Part shown: in pieces, positions 29,585-32,622 of the stretch
Position numbering within the stretch: position 1 is the stretch's first letter
How the letters are laid out: every line of letters begins with the position of its first letter
Assembly (NCBI GenBank): GCA_029856105.1
Contig: JAHQWH010000111.1
Location: forward strand, 1-32,622
Length of the DNA: 32,622 nt
Direction of reading: 5' to 3'
DNA from: Promethearchaeia archaeon
GTDB taxonomy: Archaea > Asgardarchaeota > Lokiarchaeia > Sigyniarchaeales > SOKP01
Notes under the pieces: generated by a model
Told to the model about the DNA's origin: nothing
Seen by the model: the letters and a program-made list of their open reading frames with translations, nothing else
Databases searched by the model: none
Translations under genes and position numbers: made by a program

Positions 29585-29607
29585 AGATAGTAGATAGATA
29601 GTAGATA
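29585..29607. repeat. 11-bp tandem direct repeat (AGATAGTAGAT x2) upstream of the wHTH gene
   Basis: agatagtagat agatagtagat a read directly, 19-41 nt upstream of the start at 29566. Confidence 0.7.
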
Positions 29608-29818
29608 AATATTTGCGGTATTCAAATATAAAAATATAGTTTTTGTAAAAATTCAATCCTAATACATTTAAATATTCTAGATAAATAATCTCTCATGTCA
29701 AGTATAGTTGATTTACCTTGATGTTATTAACGGAGATAATTAAAAATAGAGGGCTATTTTTTATTTTTAAACATTTAAATTGTTTTTTGAGTTAATAGAT
29801 TTAAAATATCTAAGATCC

Positions 29819-30025
29819 CTAATTCTTACTCAAGTTTCTTATAGGATAAGTTCCAGATTTCTTAACAGTCTCAACCATAGCTTTTACGTTTTCATATTTG
29901 CACGTACTTAAAATATCAGAACCAGCACCCAAAATATATCCACCACTCTCCGCAGCATCTTGTAGAGCTTGCTTTGTAGCTTCTGTTGTAGTCTCTATTG
30001 AACCGTATGTTATATTGTTGTTCAG
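29819..30025 (-). pseudogene. C-terminal fragment of a UroD/MtaA-family gene
   Basis: Translates ...ITYGSIETTTEATKQALQDAAESGGYILGAGSDILSTCKYENVKAMVETVKKSGTYPIRNLSKN*. There is an in-frame stop shortly upstream and no N-terminal part. Confidence 0.82.
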
Positions 30026-30185
30026 AAATTTTCTTTCTAGTTCTTTCTAAACCAAAACTAACTTCATAGACTGTTATCGAAGTTATGTGAATTAAGTTTT
30101 CTTGTTCAAATAAAACTTTTTTAAGTTGCTTGTTACCATTTAAATAATCAATACAGGCTGTTATTTACTTTAAAAAATAAGAATT
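30020..30185 (-). pseudogene. Degenerate PIN-domain (VapC-like) toxin, 5' half
   Basis: Translates YFLK*ITACIDYLNGNKQLKKVLFEQENLIHITSITVYEVSFGLERTRKKISEQ. It matches the PIN pattern hhhDT.hhIDYL.G...ITSIT.YE..G, with the first Asp region replaced by a stop. Confidence 0.68.
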
Positions 30186-30335
30186 TTAGGCTTGCTCTCT
30201 TAAATTAACTCGCAAGAAATTCAAGAGCTTTTGATCTTTCTCCATTTTTATTAATATTATATTCGTATAATGATGAAACAGACATACTGGAGGATTAGCA
30301 TTAATTTTGAATAAAAAAGAATAAAAAAAGTAATT

Positions 30336-31772
30336 TTAATAGATCTGATCCCAAAGTTCCTTATATTTTATATAAATGAGATTATTTTGCTCAAATAAAG
30401 TTTCTAAATCTACTAAAGCTTCTGATTTAATCCTTTCTATGTTTCGCTCAAAATCTTTTTTAAATTTAAATATCTCAGCCTTAACAACTTTAGTTGGATT
30501 GATTGGTTTATAATTGCCGTTTGAAGTAATTATCCATTCACGTTGTATAAGAGAATTAAGAGCGTTATTAAGCTTTTTTTCCTCTAATTTCATAACATTA
30601 TTTAACATCGTTAAATCAGCGTTTCCTAAAGATACAAGAGTTGCATATGTTTTTATCTCAATATCAGAGATTTTTAAAAACCGCATAGCTGAAAATACTT
30701 TTTCATTTAATTTTTTTATTTTTGATTTCTTTTTTAAGGCTTCTTTTTTTATTTTTGAAAGATTAACTGTATTAGAAAGAATAATTTTTCTTGCGGAAAC
30801 TCCTTCATCAAATAATTTCTTACCAACATCACTACGTATAATTACACTATTCCAACCTTCTTCAGGTTTACCTACACTTCCTACAGAGATATCTGCAAAT
30901 TCGGCAGAATAATCTTTACAATACTGACAACTAGCCCAATTATAATTTTTAGTTTCTTTTATTGGAACCTTTTTAATTGAACCATCTTTCGTGTAAACTA
31001 CGAAATTACCACGAGACATATCAAATTTTTCTACATCACTTAACACTATTCCAAGTTTTTCTTGAACAAGCTTTTCCATTAAATCATAAGAATAATTAGA
31101 GGTGCAATAAAGCCCAATGATCAATGTAAACTTACCATATTTATTAGAAAGAGGCGGCCATAGTTGAAATTTCCGTGCTGCCCTAATTTGGCATGGCATA
31201 CCAACAAAAGCTAATTTTTCGAGTTTATACTTATTAACCGCATCATCATATGCCAGTAGAGTTGGTGCCATTGTGTAAATTGAACCAGCTACATTTAAGA
31301 TTTCTTCAGGTGTTCTTACTACTATAGGTTTTGGACGCCAATTTTCATCCCTAGCTGCTAAAAGTACCCCATCGATTAAACCTGTGTTTAGAGCTTGAAT
31401 AAGTAACGTTGAAACTATTCCACCATTTTGAGCTACATTTAGAATTTCCTCATTAGCGCTTCTTGCTGCGGTTATTTGTTGATAGTGTCCTATTAGCTGA
31501 TCTTTAGAAACTTGTTCTTTAAAAAGTTCTTTCTCGAACATCTCTTCTGGAAAATATGTTCTCGCGCAATATTTAAAACATAATGAACATTCTGGACAAC
31601 TTTCAAGAAGTACTGGTTTTTCATCCTTTACGCCAATACGAGGACAAAGTGAGACGCAGGCCCCACAAAAGACACACGCATCTTTATTTATAACATGGTC
31701 GTATAAATCGTTAAAACCAATACCCGCTTCAGTAGTTTGCAAATAATCAATAAATTCTTCTTTATTATCCAT
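30336..31772 (-). CDS. FrhB/FdhB-like F420-interacting flavo-iron-sulfur protein with C-terminal TrmB-type HTH
   Basis: N-terminal ferredoxin CVFCGACVSLCP/CPECSLCFKYC; FrhB motifs QNGGIVSTLL, VGMPCQ, IGLYC, CQYCKD...ADISVG; C-terminal ISDIEIKTYATLVSLG...LNNALNSLIQREWI...YKPINP. Confidence 0.88.
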   Translation of the reverse strand: MDNKEEFIDYLQTTEAGIGFNDLYDHVINKDACVFCGACVSLCPRIGVKDEKPVLLESCPECSLCFKYCARTYFPEEMFEKELFKEQVSKDQLIGHYQQITAARSANEEILNVAQNGGIVSTLLIQALNTGLIDGVLLAARDENWRPKPIVVRTPEEILNVAGSIYTMAPTLLAYDDAVNKYKLEKLAFVGMPCQIRAARKFQLWPPLSNKYGKFTLIIGLYCTSNYSYDLMEKLVQEKLGIVLSDVEKFDMSRGNFVVYTKDGSIKKVPIKETKNYNWASCQYCKDYSAEFADISVGSVGKPEEGWNSVIIRSDVGKKLFDEGVSARKIILSNTVNLSKIKKEALKKKSKIKKLNEKVFSAMRFLKISDIEIKTYATLVSLGNADLTMLNNVMKLEEKKLNNALNSLIQREWIITSNGNYKPINPTKVVKAEIFKFKKDFERNIERIKSEALVDLETLFEQNNLIYIKYKELWDQIY

Positions 31773-32218
31773 TTTCTCCCTTACAAAATATTTTCTTTAA
31801 TTATGATTTTTAAAAGTTTTTATTTAAACAATAATAATATAAATGATTTCTGAAAAATTTTAACATTTTTTAGCTATTATATTTATCAATTTCAATTATG
31901 ATTTTTTTAATATATAACAATGTAATTAATGGATATTAACATATAAATAAAGTATAAAAAACTTTTTTTGCAGAATAATCTTTGTGACCTTTCAGAAAGC
32001 TTTTATTCGGCGATTCTACAAGGTGACTAAAATTATTTTACAACCTTATATTTTTTTTCCATAAATTTAAAAAAATTTTAATATGTTATTTTATTTTTCA
32101 TTAGGAAGGGAGTTTAAAACACTTGAAATGCTAAAATTTCTCTTAATATTCCACAATATTATCTTTATTTATTAAATTGGATATTAAAAAAATAGGTATA
32201 AAAAAATTATTTAATAAA

Positions 32219-32622
32219 TTATTGGTTTAAATACTCGTTCATTTCTACGAAGGAACTCGTTCGTATGAGAGCAGATTTGAGAAATTGAAATCCAATGTCG
32301 TATGTAGAGCCATCGCCGGCAATATGTATAACATACGGCACCTCTCCATTGAACAAACCTTTCGATTTAAGAATTTTATAGGTTGTGTTTATTCCTTCGG
32401 CTATAGTAGCTCCGCTTTCAAATAAGTGGTGAACCCAAGGAACTTTCCAAGAAGTCACAAAATCTTTCGCTGTCGATACTTCGCTACAACTCGTGTTATT
32501 CACATAAATAATGTTGTTACCCGCGACTGCTGTAGCTGCTGTAGCCATCTGATTCAAGATCATTCCAGCGCCACAACCAGGGCATAATCCGTGTCCCGGA
32601 TGGAGATGTTGTTGAGGTTCTA
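32219..32622 (-). CDS. 2-oxoacid:ferredoxin oxidoreductase beta-subunit-like region (5' end outside window, C-terminally short)
   Basis: The frame is open to the window edge: HPGHGLCPGCG, NNTSCSEVST, WKVPWVHHLFES, AGDGSTYDIGFQ. Confidence 0.85.
   Translation of the reverse strand, partial: EPQQHLHPGHGLCPGCGAGMILNQMATAATAVAGNNIIYVNNTSCSEVSTAKDFVTSWKVPWVHHLFESGATIAEGINTTYKILKSKGLFNGEVPYVIHIAGDGSTYDIGFQFLKSALIRTSSFVEMNEYLNQ

Noticed and set aside
30031-30050. 10-bp near-perfect tandem repeat ttctttctag/ttctttctaa as a target-site duplication
   Set aside because: It is explained by coding sequence of the vapC remnant (LERTRKK), and no element lies between the copies.
2101-30912. Short overlapping ORFs in the track (e.g. 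2101, 2156, 9929, 16507, 23014, 26604, 27755, 30514)
   Set aside because: These are antisense or alternate-frame shadows of well-supported genes, with no recognisable motifs.
31984-32027. SECIS-like reading of the hairpin (GTGA...AAA...TGA)
   Set aside because: It reads this way only on the + strand while both neighbouring genes are on the - strand. The core-to-AAA spacing is short (8 nt), and no in-frame TGA selenoprotein candidate was seen.
32032-32062. Tiny minus-strand ORF MEKKYKVVK* in the long intergenic region
   Set aside because: Nine codons with no SD or similarity, expected by chance in AT-rich DNA.
1-32622. CRISPR arrays, tRNA/rRNA genes, transposases, integrases
   Set aside because: No regularly spaced repeats, GC-rich cloverleaf or rRNA-like stretches, or recombinase motifs were seen by eye. 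A tRNAscan/Infernal run would be needed to exclude small RNAs.

Overview
AT-rich (visually about 30% GC) archaeal-type DNA, most consistent with an Asgard archaeon of the Lokiarchaeia/Promethearchaeota type. This assignment is an inference from the Rab-like GTPase, HEAT/LRR proteins, a 7TM-longin-like fusion, an FrhB-type protein and GGTGA Shine-Dalgarno motifs. In order, the window holds: a partial CTP synthase and a DUF1846 ATPase; a fatty-acyl catabolic cluster (crotonase, acyl-CoA dehydrogenase, acyl-CoA ligase, Zn-dehydrogenase, ThDP enzyme); a signalling patch (HEAT-LRR, 4TM protein, TrmB-like regulator closely coupled to a Rab-like GTPase, HEAT protein); a carbohydrate-scavenging cluster (amidohydrolase, three transporters, UroD/MtaA-like protein, sulfatase, fucose/arabinose-isomerase-like protein, GH172/DUF2961); YjbQ plus a second crotonase; a decayed region where two UroD-family fragments and a vapC remnant flank a wHTH regulator + 7TM-longin-like operon; an FrhB-like flavo-iron-sulfur protein fused to a TrmB-type HTH; and the end of a C-terminally short PorB-like ORF. 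The most novel candidates are three apparently kinase-free signalling modules (FrhB-HTH fusion, wHTH + 7TM-longin operon, Rab + TrmB operon) and two genes that seem to need ATA/ATT start codons. No rRNA, tRNA, CRISPR array or transposase was recognised. All family calls come from motif recognition by eye, not database searches.
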